64,000 bases of DNA from Spirochaetota bacterium (GTDB lineage Bacteria; Spirochaetota; UBA4802; JAGODF01): positions 217-64,216 of the forward strand of contig JARKUF010000014.1 in NCBI GenBank assembly GCA_029974015.1, in the 5' to 3' direction. Both the position numbers and the translations under genes were made by a program. The notes below the pieces were generated by a model. It searched no databases, was not told the DNA's origin, and worked only from the letters and a program-made list of their open reading frames with translations. This document shows, in pieces, positions 55,266 through 64,000 of the stretch (position 1 is the stretch's first letter; each line of letters begins with the position of its first letter).

Positions 55266-55922
55266 TTATATTATATAGTATATCACGCCCAAAAGGATGC
55301 GGTGGCCTGAAAAATCCAAATGAAAATTGTCGTAAGAGCCGCCTTCGGTATTCATGACCGGTTCTGACCTTGCGTCGAAGTATTCCCATTCAATATACAG
55401 GCGAATAAGCTTGAGGAGCTTGAACTCGATGCCGGTTACAAATCCATATCCAAGGGATAGTGTTTCCACATCCTCGGAAGGGCCTCCGTCGAGTTCGATA
55501 GTACCCTGGCCAATGAAATATGCGGGACCTGCCCCCATATAAAACTCCCCCGCTTCCTTTAGGGGAAACCTGAATCCCGCGAAAAGCGGCAAAGCGAGAT
55601 AGCTGAAGGATGAATGCTCTATTTTGTCGGACCCATCGAGGACATTGCCGCGGTTTATAACGAATGCGGCGTCACAGCCGGTGCGGAGAAAAAAGAAATA
55701 TGCGTTTAGCTTGAATGAAAAACCGACGAGCAAGCTGTTCTGGGGGTCCAGTGAAATGGACCTGTTTTGGTTGGACAAATTCCCAACGTCATGATGAACA
55801 CCTACATGCGCACCAAGCCCGACGATGTCATGGGCCAGGAGGGTGACAGGCAGGGAGAAAACAAACAATAAGGCGAATGCAATTGTGCCAAGTTTCATGG
55901 TTTTGGAAAAAAACCGCCTCAT
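55266..55922 (-). CDS. Outer-membrane beta-barrel protein, paralog 3
   Basis: 218 aa with signal peptide (MKLGTIAFALLFVFSLPVTLLA). C-terminal ...LGVIYYII. Confidence 0.6.
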   Translation of the reverse strand: MRRFFSKTMKLGTIAFALLFVFSLPVTLLAHDIVGLGAHVGVHHDVGNLSNQNRSISLDPQNSLLVGFSFKLNAYFFFLRTGCDAAFVINRGNVLDGSDKIEHSSFSYLALPLFAGFRFPLKEAGEFYMGAGPAYFIGQGTIELDGGPSEDVETLSLGYGFVTGIEFKLLKLIRLYIEWEYFDARSEPVMNTEGGSYDNFHLDFSGHRILLGVIYYII

Positions 55923-56109
55923 TAATGTTCAAAAACAAATAATGTAGAAATATACGGCTATTAGTCAAGAAGATTATTTATAACGTCCTATTATTTTTCC
56001 CCTCATGGCGCTAAAATGGGTCCAGAGAATGTATTTTCAAAAAAAGTTAGTGACGCATATGGATTCCTGATGATATCGTCATATCCGGCAAAGTGGAGGA
56101 GAAAAGGCC

Positions 56110-56670
56110 ATGCTTGACGATTATCCTAAAAAAATAATTCTTAAAGACAGCAGCGAGTGTACCTTCTCCATCGCAGACCGAGAATCAATCACGGCGGTTA
56201 AGGGGCTTTTCCCCCGCGTGTCCCCCGACGATCTCTGGGTGATGTCGAGGGACTATACCCGACCGGAATCGGTGGACCTTTTCATCGGCTCCTTCAACCC
56301 CGAAGAAAACCTCCATCTTATCGCCAACATGGATGATACGGTAATCGGACTCGGGAGCATTTATTTTTCCCATTTCGGGGCCCGGAAACATATCGGCCGG
56401 GTGGAAATCATCATCGATGAAGCGTACAAGCAAAAAAGGCTCGGCACATGGATAATTCTGGAGCTTGCAACCCTTGCCCGTTTTTTAAAGCTGGAAATCC
56501 TTGAAATAGAGCTTGTGGCGGGCAAAGACGACGCGGCCATCATTGCGTCGAAGAGAATAAACTTCATACCACAGGCCACTTTGAAAAACTACCTCCAGGA
56601 CCGGAGGGGCCGCTGGATGGACATGGTCATTCTGGTAAAGGAGATACACGAATCCTGGAGCGATTACTGA
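56110..56670 (+). CDS. GNAT family N-acetyltransferase
   Basis: 186 aa. Acetyl-CoA-binding motif region (RVEIIIDEAYKQKRLGTWIILELATLA). Confidence 0.7.
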   Translation: MLDDYPKKIILKDSSECTFSIADRESITAVKGLFPRVSPDDLWVMSRDYTRPESVDLFIGSFNPEENLHLIANMDDTVIGLGSIYFSHFGARKHIGRVEIIIDEAYKQKRLGTWIILELATLARFLKLEILEIELVAGKDDAAIIASKRINFIPQATLKNYLQDRRGRWMDMVILVKEIHESWSDY

Positions 56671-56704
56671 TTATATGCCCCGCACCTGCCTTGGACATGC
56701 GGGG

Positions 56705-57013
56705 CTATTTGATATCTTTAAAGAGAGTTTCTGCCTTTTTCTTCCCCGTTAGACGGTCAAAATCATCATAATCAACGAAGATGAGGTCCGGAAGCTTTCT
56801 TCGGGTCCTCATCACCATAGCGGGGGACTTTTCCCTTGACGTGACATACTTGAATTCCCTGCCGCATTTGGGGCATTTTTTAAGGTCCTCAAGTTTGATC
56901 CCGATTTCCCGGCATCCCGGACAGAACCCGAAAATATCATCCACAATAATGATATGCGCCTGTATTTCGGCCAGGTCCACTTCCTTCCATATTCTCAGAT
57001 AGTCCATGTTCAC
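56705..57013 (-). CDS. Small zinc-ribbon-containing hypothetical protein
   Basis: 102 aa with CPGC...CPKC. Immediately downstream, on the same strand, of the methyltransferase gene. Confidence 0.45.
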   Translation of the reverse strand: MNMDYLRIWKEVDLAEIQAHIIIVDDIFGFCPGCREIGIKLEDLKKCPKCGREFKYVTSREKSPAMVMRTRRKLPDLIFVDYDDFDRLTGKKKAETLFKDIK

Positions 57014-57025
57014 CTCTTCGAAGGA

Positions 57026-57970
57026 TTATTTGCGCGCAATGATGAGTTGCCAGGCCGGGTCTGAAAGTCTCGTCACTTCAGCGCCGATAAACCCCGCCGC
57101 ATCGGTCCATTTGTAATACTCTTCCAGGGAATACACATTGCCAAGGGGGCTCTGAGTCATCATGTGGAGCGCCAGGGTGGCCCCACAGGAACTTATTCCC
57201 CGTATGTTGTCAAAGATCACGATAATGCCCCCTGAAGAGAGACGCTCATAGCACATGGAGATAATTGAGCCATTGTCCTTCGGGGACTGTCCGTGGCAGA
57301 GGTTTCCAAGAAAGGCGATATCCCAGGGGCCACGAGGGAGTTCTTTTGTCGCGTCTCCCTCTTCGATGATGATATTGGGGACCCGTGAAAGCTCATCCTT
57401 CATTACGGCCAGGGATTTTGGAAGATCGAACACGATGGTGCGTAACCCGCGGGCAGCGAACTCTCTTGCGATTGTGCCAGGGGCCCCTCCTATGTCCGCA
57501 ACGGTGGAAGAGCCGGGGTTTCGGCCAATGCAGATATCGACAATTTCCGGCGCCACTTTTTTTTTCCAGGGGGAATCCATCCCGCGAATAAAGTCGTCCA
57601 TGTCAAATCCCGCGTAGCTCGATGTGTCGGGTCCGCCATGGACTAAAACATGTTCCAGGGTCCTCCAGGGATTGATGAGGTAATAAAGAAACTGCCAGAA
57701 ATCTCCCTCATAAGAGGGACCGTCCCTATCAACGAGGCGGGCGCGGCAATCGGGCGTGATATGGTATTGTCCCTCCGATGAGCGGAGGTAGCCCATTTCA
57801 ACGAGCGCATCGAGAAGCGCCGACACGGCCCGGAGGTCCCAGGACCTGCGGAGTGAAAGTCCCTGGGCCGTGTCGGGAGACCGATCAAGATCGTCGAACA
57901 CGCCGAGGCGGTGCGCCTGGCCGACGAAAATTGTTTGCTCCACGGCCTCCTGCAGTTCCCTTATTCCCAC
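57026..57970 (-). CDS. Class I SAM-dependent (O-)methyltransferase
   Basis: 314 aa. SAM-binding motif I VADIGGAPGTIAREFAARG and acidic motif II IVFDLP. Confidence 0.75.
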   Translation of the reverse strand: MGIRELQEAVEQTIFVGQAHRLGVFDDLDRSPDTAQGLSLRRSWDLRAVSALLDALVEMGYLRSSEGQYHITPDCRARLVDRDGPSYEGDFWQFLYYLINPWRTLEHVLVHGGPDTSSYAGFDMDDFIRGMDSPWKKKVAPEIVDICIGRNPGSSTVADIGGAPGTIAREFAARGLRTIVFDLPKSLAVMKDELSRVPNIIIEEGDATKELPRGPWDIAFLGNLCHGQSPKDNGSIISMCYERLSSGGIIVIFDNIRGISSCGATLALHMMTQSPLGNVYSLEEYYKWTDAAGFIGAEVTRLSDPAWQLIIARK

Positions 57971-58154
57971 TGTATCCTCATTTTTAATGATTGTACGTCC
58001 GAGCGTGCATGATTTCTCACAGTATCGGACGGTGGTCCCTTCGCAGCACCTGTGCCAATGATCTTTGGAGCTGAAACGGCCATGTCAATACTTTTTTAGC
58101 GATTTTGATTTGACTGATAAAGCACAGGGTGCCTACGATGACGATTCAATGAAG

Positions 58155-58222
58155 GCAACTTTTTAATTAGGGTTTCCCGCCAGCCGAAGGCGGGCGGGAA
58201 ACCCTAATTTTTATGACTTCCC
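58155..58222. repeat. Modular hairpin repeat (copy R13)
   Basis: ggcaactttttaatta + hairpin gggtttcccgccagccGAAGgcgggcgggaaaccc + taatttttatgacttccc. Confidence 0.8.
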
Positions 58223-58271
58223 TTAATTACGGGCGGGTCTGCCTGAAAAACGAACCGCAAAGGAGATATGG

Positions 58272-59456
58272 ATGTTGCAGGACAACGACGCGGTAATTGT
58301 AAGCGCAGTGAGAACTCCCCTGGGTGGATTTGGCGGAAGCCTTTCCGGGACAGGCGCCACAGACTTGGGTGCAATGGTCATAGAAGAGTCCCTCATGCGC
58401 GCCGGCATCGAAAAAGAGATGGTACAGGAAGTCCTCATGGGAATCGTCCTGCCCTGCGGATACGGCCAAAACCCGGCGCGTCAGGCCGCAATCAAGGCCG
58501 GACTTCCAATGTCCGCCGGCTGTCTAACGATCAACAAGGTCTGCGGATCAGGCCTCATGGCCGCCATGTTGGCATCTGAGTTCGTGAAATCCGGATACGC
58601 CGATATCGTCGTAGCCGGTGGAATGGAAAACATGAGCATGGCCCCGTACTACCTACCGAAAGCCCGATGGGGCGTTAGAATGGGCCAGGCGGAGATAAGC
58701 GACCACATGGTCCATGACGGCCTCTGGGACATTGTGAACGACTTCCACATGGGGATCAGCAATGACCTGATCTCGGAAAAATACGGCGTATCCCGGGAAG
58801 AGCAGGACAAATACGCCCTAAGCTCTTATGAAAAAGCCCTAGATTCAATCAAAAACGGGATCTTTAAAGACGAAATAATGCCCGTGAGAATACAATCGAA
58901 AAAGGGCGACACGGTGTTTGACACCGACGAATGCCCCCGCCCAACTTCCATGGAACTCCTGGCGAAAATGCGACCGGCCTTTCAAAAGGAAGGTTTCGCC
59001 ACGGCGGGGAATTCCTCGGTGATAAGCGATGGAGCCTCCGCAGTGGTGGTAATGAATTATCGCAAAGCGAAAGAATTGGGGATAAGCCCCCTCCTCAGGG
59101 TGGTCGCGTATGGCAGCGGGGGCATAGAACTGAAGTATGTCCTGATGGCCCCCATTAAGTCAATACCAAAGGTGTGCCGCAAGGCCGGTATCGACCTCGG
59201 AAGAATCGACCTCCATGAAATAAACGAAGCGTTCTCCGGGTCCACCGTAGCGGTGTCCCGGGAACTCGGACTAGACCCGGGAAAGGTGAACGTCTTCGGA
59301 GGAAGTGTGGCCCTGGGGCATCCCATCGGGGCTTCCGGGGCCCGAGTGCTTACCACCCTTGCCTACGGCATGAAGAGGCAAAACGCGGCACTCGGCGAGG
59401 CCTCCCTCTGTCTGGGAGGTGCCGAGTCGGTCACGATGATCGTGGAGAATATATGA
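58272..59456 (+). CDS. Acetyl-CoA acetyltransferase (thiolase II)
   Basis: 394 aa. [13 protein letters not shown] (active-site Cys), [17 protein letters not shown] and C-terminal LCLGGAESV. Confidence 0.9.
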   Translation: MLQDNDAVIVSAVRTPLGGFGGSLSGTGATDLGAMVIEESLMRAGIEKEMVQEVLMGIVLPCGYGQNPARQAAIKAGLPMSAGCLTINKVCGSGLMAAMLASEFVKSGYADIVVAGGMENMSMAPYYLPKARWGVRMGQAEISDHMVHDGLWDIVNDFHMGISNDLISEKYGVSREEQDKYALSSYEKALDSIKNGIFKDEIMPVRIQSKKGDTVFDTDECPRPTSMELLAKMRPAFQKEGFATAGNSSVISDGASAVVVMNYRKAKELGISPLLRVVAYGSGGIELKYVLMAPIKSIPKVCRKAGIDLGRIDLHEINEAFSGSTVAVSRELGLDPGKVNVFGGSVALGHPIGASGARVLTTLAYGMKRQNAALGEASLCLGGAESVTMIVENI

Positions 59457-59889
59457 CAATCTCGATTCCCGCTTCGAGAATCATCTCCTCGGACAGAGGG
59501 TCTTTGTATGGCTCGCGGTAAATAAATTTCTTTATTCCGCTGTTAATGAGCATTTTGGTGCATATTGAACAGGGCTGAGTGGTCACATATATGACTGCGC
59601 CGTTGATCGATACGCCGTGAAGGGCCGCTTGGATGATGGCGTTCTGCTCGGCATGGAGGCCCCGGCATAGCTCATGGCGCTCTCCTGAGGGGACATTGTA
59701 TTTCGTCCTCAGGCAGGTTTCCTCCGTACAGTGGGTGATTTTCGTCGGCACCCCATTGTACCCTGTGGATATTATCCACTTGTCCTTGACAATGACCGCC
59801 CCCACCCTGCGCCGGATGCAAGTGGCCCTCGTGGCCACGTCCTCGGCTATTTTCATGAAGTAGTCGTCCCAACCCGGCCTTTCCGCCAT
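59431..59889 (-). CDS. dCMP deaminase (ComEB-like CMP/dCMP zinc deaminase)
   Basis: 152 aa with HAEQNAI and PCSICTKML zinc-binding motifs. Its 3' end overlaps the convergent thiolase gene by 26 nt. Confidence 0.85.
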   Translation of the reverse strand: MAERPGWDDYFMKIAEDVATRATCIRRRVGAVIVKDKWIISTGYNGVPTKITHCTEETCLRTKYNVPSGERHELCRGLHAEQNAIIQAALHGVSINGAVIYVTTQPCSICTKMLINSGIKKFIYREPYKDPLSEEMILEAGIEIVIYSPRSS

Positions 59890-60500
59890 CAGTCAACCTC
59901 GTAGAAACGGTAGTCGAAGATCGACGCAACAGCATCGTCGGTGTTTATTATAAGCCGCGCCGTAAGGGGCAAGTGGCGCGCCTCGAGGGACACGAGGCTT
60001 CTTTTTGCGGGTACCATAACAGCGCAGGGAGCCTGTGAGAATGTTCTGATGTCATTCACGGGAACGGTGGCCGTGTAGGTCCTGGTTTCCCCTGGTTCGA
60101 GAGTGATCATGTTAACCCCTCCCCCAATTTTTTCAACGGCCACGCGGCTCTTCCCCTGGTAAAACTCGAGTGTACCAAGGGCTTCCCTGTACCGCATAGT
60201 CAGGCGCCCCGGCCCCTGTGAGCGAAGAGACAGGGCTGCGAGGCTTTCCCCGGTTGTCCTGTCCTTAATAAAGGAAAGGCGGTATTCAATGTTTCGGTAC
60301 AGTATGGCGGTCCCCCCCTGGCTCTCGCGCTCTTCGCGCCTGGAGAACACGAAAAGTATGTATACTATCAGGAGCATGTTCACCACCAGAACATACCAGG
60401 GAATTTTGAAGCTGTGCTCTTTCTGCCTCGGGTATTTGGACCGTACCCTCGCTTTGAATTCTTCCACCTTTTCGCTTGTTTCTTTCACAGTTATCTCCAA
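59889..60500 (-). CDS. Hypothetical membrane-anchored protein
   Basis: 203 aa with one TM helix ([18 protein letters not shown]). Immediately downstream of the dCMP deaminase gene. Confidence 0.45.
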   Translation of the reverse strand: MEITVKETSEKVEEFKARVRSKYPRQKEHSFKIPWYVLVVNMLLIVYILFVFSRREERESQGGTAILYRNIEYRLSFIKDRTTGESLAALSLRSQGPGRLTMRYREALGTLEFYQGKSRVAVEKIGGGVNMITLEPGETRTYTATVPVNDIRTFSQAPCAVMVPAKRSLVSLEARHLPLTARLIINTDDAVASIFDYRFYEVD

Positions 60501-60540
60501 TTTTGAAAAAACCTTCTATCTTATGGGTTTTGTCAATACT

Positions 60541-60587
60541 TTTTAGCGAACCCCGGCGGGCGGGTAAACCCGATTAACAGAGGTCGC
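60541..60587. repeat. Repeat fragment (copy R14)
   Basis: ccccggcgggcgggtaaacccg (half hairpin) + attaacagaggtcgc tail. Confidence 0.55.
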
Positions 60588-60691
60588 TTTTGTGAATAAT
60601 TATCCCCCGGGAAAGTACTTGCATTTTATTCCATTCAGGGTTTAATTGATGTGAAGTTATTCATCGTGCAAGCTAAGACAAGGGGGCCGTC

Positions 60692-62836
60692 ATGTTCACA
60701 TTGAGCCTCATCTTTTCCCTCCTCGCATCATTCATGCTTTGTTTTGCCGCCATATTCGGCATATTGAAAAACTGGAGGGACCAGGTCTATCGGTATTATT
60801 TTGTGTTCGCCATCTGCTCTTTAGGGATACTGTTCACGATGTTCCTGACCTACGCATATCCCGATTACCTGGACCTCACCCTGGTCAACAAGATTACACA
60901 GGTCTCGACGGTCATGAGCTTTTCCTCTATCTTCATCCTTTCATTTGTGTTTCCAAAGGGCGATAAGCCATTCCCTTTGGGGTATACCCTACTTTTCCTC
61001 TCCCCTGCCTTTGCCGTGGGATACATCGCCGTGGGAACGGACTGGAATATCACCAGGGCGTACTTTATTGGCAAGGCCCTCGTTAGAGACTTTAACTTTT
61101 TTTACCGCTATTACGCCATTATCGCCTTCACCTATGTAATTTTAGGCGTGGGGCATTTTATCTACAAATATTTAAAGGTTAAAATTGAAATCTATCGACT
61201 TCAGATGCGCTATGTGTTCGTGGGGACTTCTATCGGGATGCTCATAGCCGCGGTTTTTTCAATCTTCCTGCCCCTCGTTTTCAACTATGCGGACCTCTAC
61301 GTACTCGGTCCCTCTCTCGCCACATTTTTAGGAGTGGGGTCGTTTTTTTACGCAATAATATCCTACAACCTGATGGATATCACCACGGCCATCCATAAAA
61401 CCACGATGTACATCATAATCTCCGCCGTCATTTTTATTCCCATGTACGGACTGCTCTGGCTCCATGAGTCAGAGCAGTTTTTCATGCCCCAGGTCCCCCT
61501 GTACCTCGTGGCGGCTGCTATCGTCCTTGTGTTTATCCTCTTTTCCGCGAAAGTACAACCCTACATCGACAAGTTTTTCAGGCGTCGCCAGTACGAATTC
61601 GAGGCTGTCATCGATACGTTCATTCGTGACGTGGAGAACACCAAAGATTTCAGGAGCCTCATCGGCCGCACCGTCGACATTCTCTACGAGTCGCTATTAT
61701 TAAAACAAGCGTTCTATGTAAGTTACAGCAACGAAAAAAGGCATTACGAAATGTATTACCGTAAAGGTGAGCAGGTAGATGTGGACCCCCTTGAACGAAA
61801 CTCCCCGGTGATACGCTGGTTTGTCCGGAACCAGGAGGTCCTGCACCTAGACAGGGTGTATGTAGACGACGAGAACTTTGCCGATCTCAGGGAAAGCATT
61901 TCAGATTTTTTCGTCAGGAACAAGATCAAAGTGATCCTTCCTGTATACCATCAGCGCATGGTCCTCGGCCTTCTCTGCCTTGGTGACAAGGACACGCTCG
62001 CGGCTTTCAAACCGGATGAGCTCACGAAGCTTCTTTTCTTCCAGAAAGAATGCAACATCCACATTTCAAACTCACTTACCTATGAGGAAACCATGAGAGA
62101 GCAATTCATCAACAGGACCATAGAGCTCTCTTCGAACATACTTTCCAGGGCGATACCGCAGGCGCTTCCAAATATGATTGGAGTGAAATTCGGGGCTTTT
62201 TACATGCCGAAACACGGTGAGGGAGTCGACTACTTCGATTTCCTCCGCCCTGGAGGACAGGGTATCGGCTGTATTACAACGGATATATCCGGAGTGGGAG
62301 TCAACAGCGCCCTTTATTCGGTTGTGCTGAGGTCCGCTTTCCAATCCAGCATACATGAGGCCCCTTCGAGCTACTCAGTGCTGCAGCGCCTTAACAATGT
62401 ACTGTACGATTATTCCGGAGGAATGGGGGGATTCATCACCGCCTATTACTTTTATTACGACGTGAAGACCATGCGCCTCATCTATTCAAACGCCGGTTTT
62501 CCCTCCCTTGAGCTGTACCGAATAGAAAAAAACGATTTCGATTCCCTTGACACAGAGGGGATACCCCTGGGGTACGATCCGAAGGCGAGCTACGGTATGG
62601 GAAGGACCTTTCTTCTTCGGGGCGATATTGGTGTGCTTTATTCCAAGGCCCTGGTGAATTCCAAGAATCAAAAAGGGGAAAATTTCGGGCTACTTCGTCT
62701 GAGGAGCATCATCAAGGACAACCGGGCGCTCAGGCCCACGGACCTGGCGAAGATGGTAAACGAGAAATTTACCGCATTTTTGGGAATATCGTCGCCGGAT
62801 TCCGACGTTCTCGCGATTGTCTTCAAAATTGTATAG
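60692..62836 (+). CDS. 7TM-receptor-linked PP2C/SpoIIE family serine phosphatase
   Basis: 714 aa. Seven N-terminal TM helices (7TMR-DISM-like), a central GAF-like region, and a C-terminal PP2C/SpoIIE domain (FYMPKHGEGVDYFDF...ITTDISGVGVNSALYS). Confidence 0.7.
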   Translation: MFTLSLIFSLLASFMLCFAAIFGILKNWRDQVYRYYFVFAICSLGILFTMFLTYAYPDYLDLTLVNKITQVSTVMSFSSIFILSFVFPKGDKPFPLGYTLLFLSPAFAVGYIAVGTDWNITRAYFIGKALVRDFNFFYRYYAIIAFTYVILGVGHFIYKYLKVKIEIYRLQMRYVFVGTSIGMLIAAVFSIFLPLVFNYADLYVLGPSLATFLGVGSFFYAIISYNLMDITTAIHKTTMYIIISAVIFIPMYGLLWLHESEQFFMPQVPLYLVAAAIVLVFILFSAKVQPYIDKFFRRRQYEFEAVIDTFIRDVENTKDFRSLIGRTVDILYESLLLKQAFYVSYSNEKRHYEMYYRKGEQVDVDPLERNSPVIRWFVRNQEVLHLDRVYVDDENFADLRESISDFFVRNKIKVILPVYHQRMVLGLLCLGDKDTLAAFKPDELTKLLFFQKECNIHISNSLTYEETMREQFINRTIELSSNILSRAIPQALPNMIGVKFGAFYMPKHGEGVDYFDFLRPGGQGIGCITTDISGVGVNSALYSVVLRSAFQSSIHEAPSSYSVLQRLNNVLYDYSGGMGGFITAYYFYYDVKTMRLIYSNAGFPSLELYRIEKNDFDSLDTEGIPLGYDPKASYGMGRTFLLRGDIGVLYSKALVNSKNQKGENFGLLRLRSIIKDNRALRPTDLAKMVNEKFTAFLGISSPDSDVLAIVFKIV

Positions 62837-63028
62837 AGGACTTGACATAAATCCTTGACATTTTATTTCGCACCTGGAAATTAGTGCAATCCTTTAGCGG
62901 TTTCATCTTGGAGAAATACTTCCTGCCCCTTATGTTGGGGGGGCCGTGTCGGCACATCCGCGGCGCACTTCACTGCTTTGGTTGCTGTGCCAGAACTGAA
63001 TTTTTTACCATAATAAAAGGAGAAACAG

Positions 63029-64000
63029 ATGAAAAAGAAAATCCTAATCAGCGACAAGGTTGCCGAAGAAGGTATCGCTATTTTAACGAAATCCGCTGAA
63101 TTCGACGTCGTGTACAAAACGGGCCTCTCTGAAGAAGATCTCATCAAGGAAATCAGGGACGCCAGCGGACTTATCATACGTTCCGCAACGAAAGCGAACG
63201 CGAAGGTCATTGAAGCCGCGGAAAAGCTCCAGGTCATCGCCAGGGCGGGAGTGGGCCTCGATAATGTTGACCTCGACAAGGCTACGGCAAAGGGCATAGT
63301 TGTAATGAACACTCCCGCAGGCAACACCATTTCCACGGCCGAACAGGCCATCGCCATGCTTTTCGCACTTGCGAGAAAAACAGCCGTCGCTGACGCCTCA
63401 ATGAAAAAAGGCGAATGGGAAAAGAAGCTGTTTCAGGGGACTGAACTCCGCGGAAAGACAATTGCGGTCATTGGCCTGGGGCGAATAGGCATGGAAGTAG
63501 CGAAGCGCTGCAAAGCCATGGCAATGCGCGTCGTTGGATACGATCCTTTCATAGCCAGGGAAGCTCTGTCCTCCATGGACATCGAAGTGCTGGAACTGGA
63601 TGAAATCTGGCGCGAAGCGGATTTTATCACTGTCCATACTCCCCTGACAGACCAGACCAGGGACCTGGTGAACAAGGACGTTATCAAAAAACTGAAGCCC
63701 ACAGTGAAACTCATCAATTGCGCCCGGGGCGGAATCTACAATGAACAGGACCTCTTTGACGCATTAAAAGAAAAAAAGATCGCCGGGGCCGCCCTTGACG
63801 TTTTCACCCAGGAACCCCCTAAAACCCTTCCCCCGTTCCATGAGCTTGACAACATCGTCCTCACACCACACCTCGGGGCCTCCACCGACGAGGCGCAGAT
63901 TGCGGTAGCCGTCGAGGCCGCTGAAAACGTCGCGGAATATCTGCTCACAGGCGTGGCGAGGAACAGCGCAAACTTCCCCTCCCTCGAAGTAAACGAATAC
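63029..64000 (+). CDS. serA: D-3-phosphoglycerate dehydrogenase (5' partial, runs off window end)
   Basis: MKKKILISDKV... with RBS AAAGGAG. NAD-binding GxGxxG (GLGRIGMEVA). Catalytic region continues to the window edge. Confidence 0.85.
   Translation, partial: MKKKILISDKVAEEGIAILTKSAEFDVVYKTGLSEEDLIKEIRDASGLIIRSATKANAKVIEAAEKLQVIARAGVGLDNVDLDKATAKGIVVMNTPAGNTISTAEQAIAMLFALARKTAVADASMKKGEWEKKLFQGTELRGKTIAVIGLGRIGMEVAKRCKAMAMRVVGYDPFIAREALSSMDIEVLELDEIWREADFITVHTPLTDQTRDLVNKDVIKKLKPTVKLINCARGGIYNEQDLFDALKEKKIAGAALDVFTQEPPKTLPPFHELDNIVLTPHLGASTDEAQIAVAVEAAENVAEYLLTGVARNSANFPSLEVNEY

Noticed and set aside
62842-62884. Tandem TTGACA hexamers (62842-62847 and 62855-62860) as a serA promoter
   Set aside because: Neither has a convincing -10 hexamer at 16-18 nt spacing (best candidates are tatttc/aattag), so a promoter call would be guesswork.
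62884-63099. 71-aa + strand ORF overlapping the serA start
   Set aside because: serA begins at 63029 with a strong RBS in a different frame. This ORF is Cys/Arg-rich and most likely sits in promoter/leader sequence.

Overview
This is a 64-kb chromosomal window from a diderm (outer-membrane-bearing) bacterium. It is gene-dense on both strands and, by eye, G+C-rich over most housekeeping genes. Recognisable content in order: a DUF192 protein, hflX, an M23/LysM peptidase and a TPR protein; a umuD/umuC-like translesion cassette; an HD-domain protein, a YeaQ/YmgE-type membrane protein and tsaC; an orphan fdhD; relA/spoT translationally coupled to maf; an unknown gene coupled to a formylglycine-generating-enzyme (FGE) family gene; an RsbW-like GHKL protein coupled to a LOG-family protein; tRNA-Leu(TAA) and tRNA-Cys(GCA); a fatty-acid beta-oxidation pair (FadN-like fused dehydrogenase/hydratase plus thiolase); an envelope cluster (LolA-like, POTRA/Omp85-family barrel, RseC-like); greA; a DUF1015 gene; tRNA-Ala(GGC); a ~10-kb visibly AT-richer island (described below); nrnA-like DHH phosphoesterase coupled to glyQ with no glyS; an HDOD/GHKL signalling protein; a 971-aa peptidase-like/TolB-propeller/Omp85-barrel fusion protein; a B12-radical SAM gene; murJ; an rnfCDGEA operon with no rnfB; prepilin peptidase; three tandem outer-membrane beta-barrel paralogs; GNAT and methyltransferase genes; a second thiolase; dCMP deaminase; a 7TM-PP2C phosphatase; and the 5' part of serA. 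Two things stand out. First, a modular family of intergenic hairpin repeats (REP/MITE-like) occurs at about 14 loci, sometimes abutting or overlapping stop codons and a tRNA gene. Second, the AT-rich island downstream of tRNA-Ala (about 26.4-36.1 kb) encodes two paralogous TM-TPR proteins with a C-terminal Mrr_cat-like endonuclease domain whose Q-x-K motif is substituted, a three-domain cNMP-binding/ParA-like/patatin-like protein with degenerate catalytic motifs, a STAS protein, a 756-aa unknown protein and a ParB-like nuclease-domain protein. This is a candidate uncharacterised conflict/signalling system. No CRISPR array, rRNA, integrase or transposase was found.
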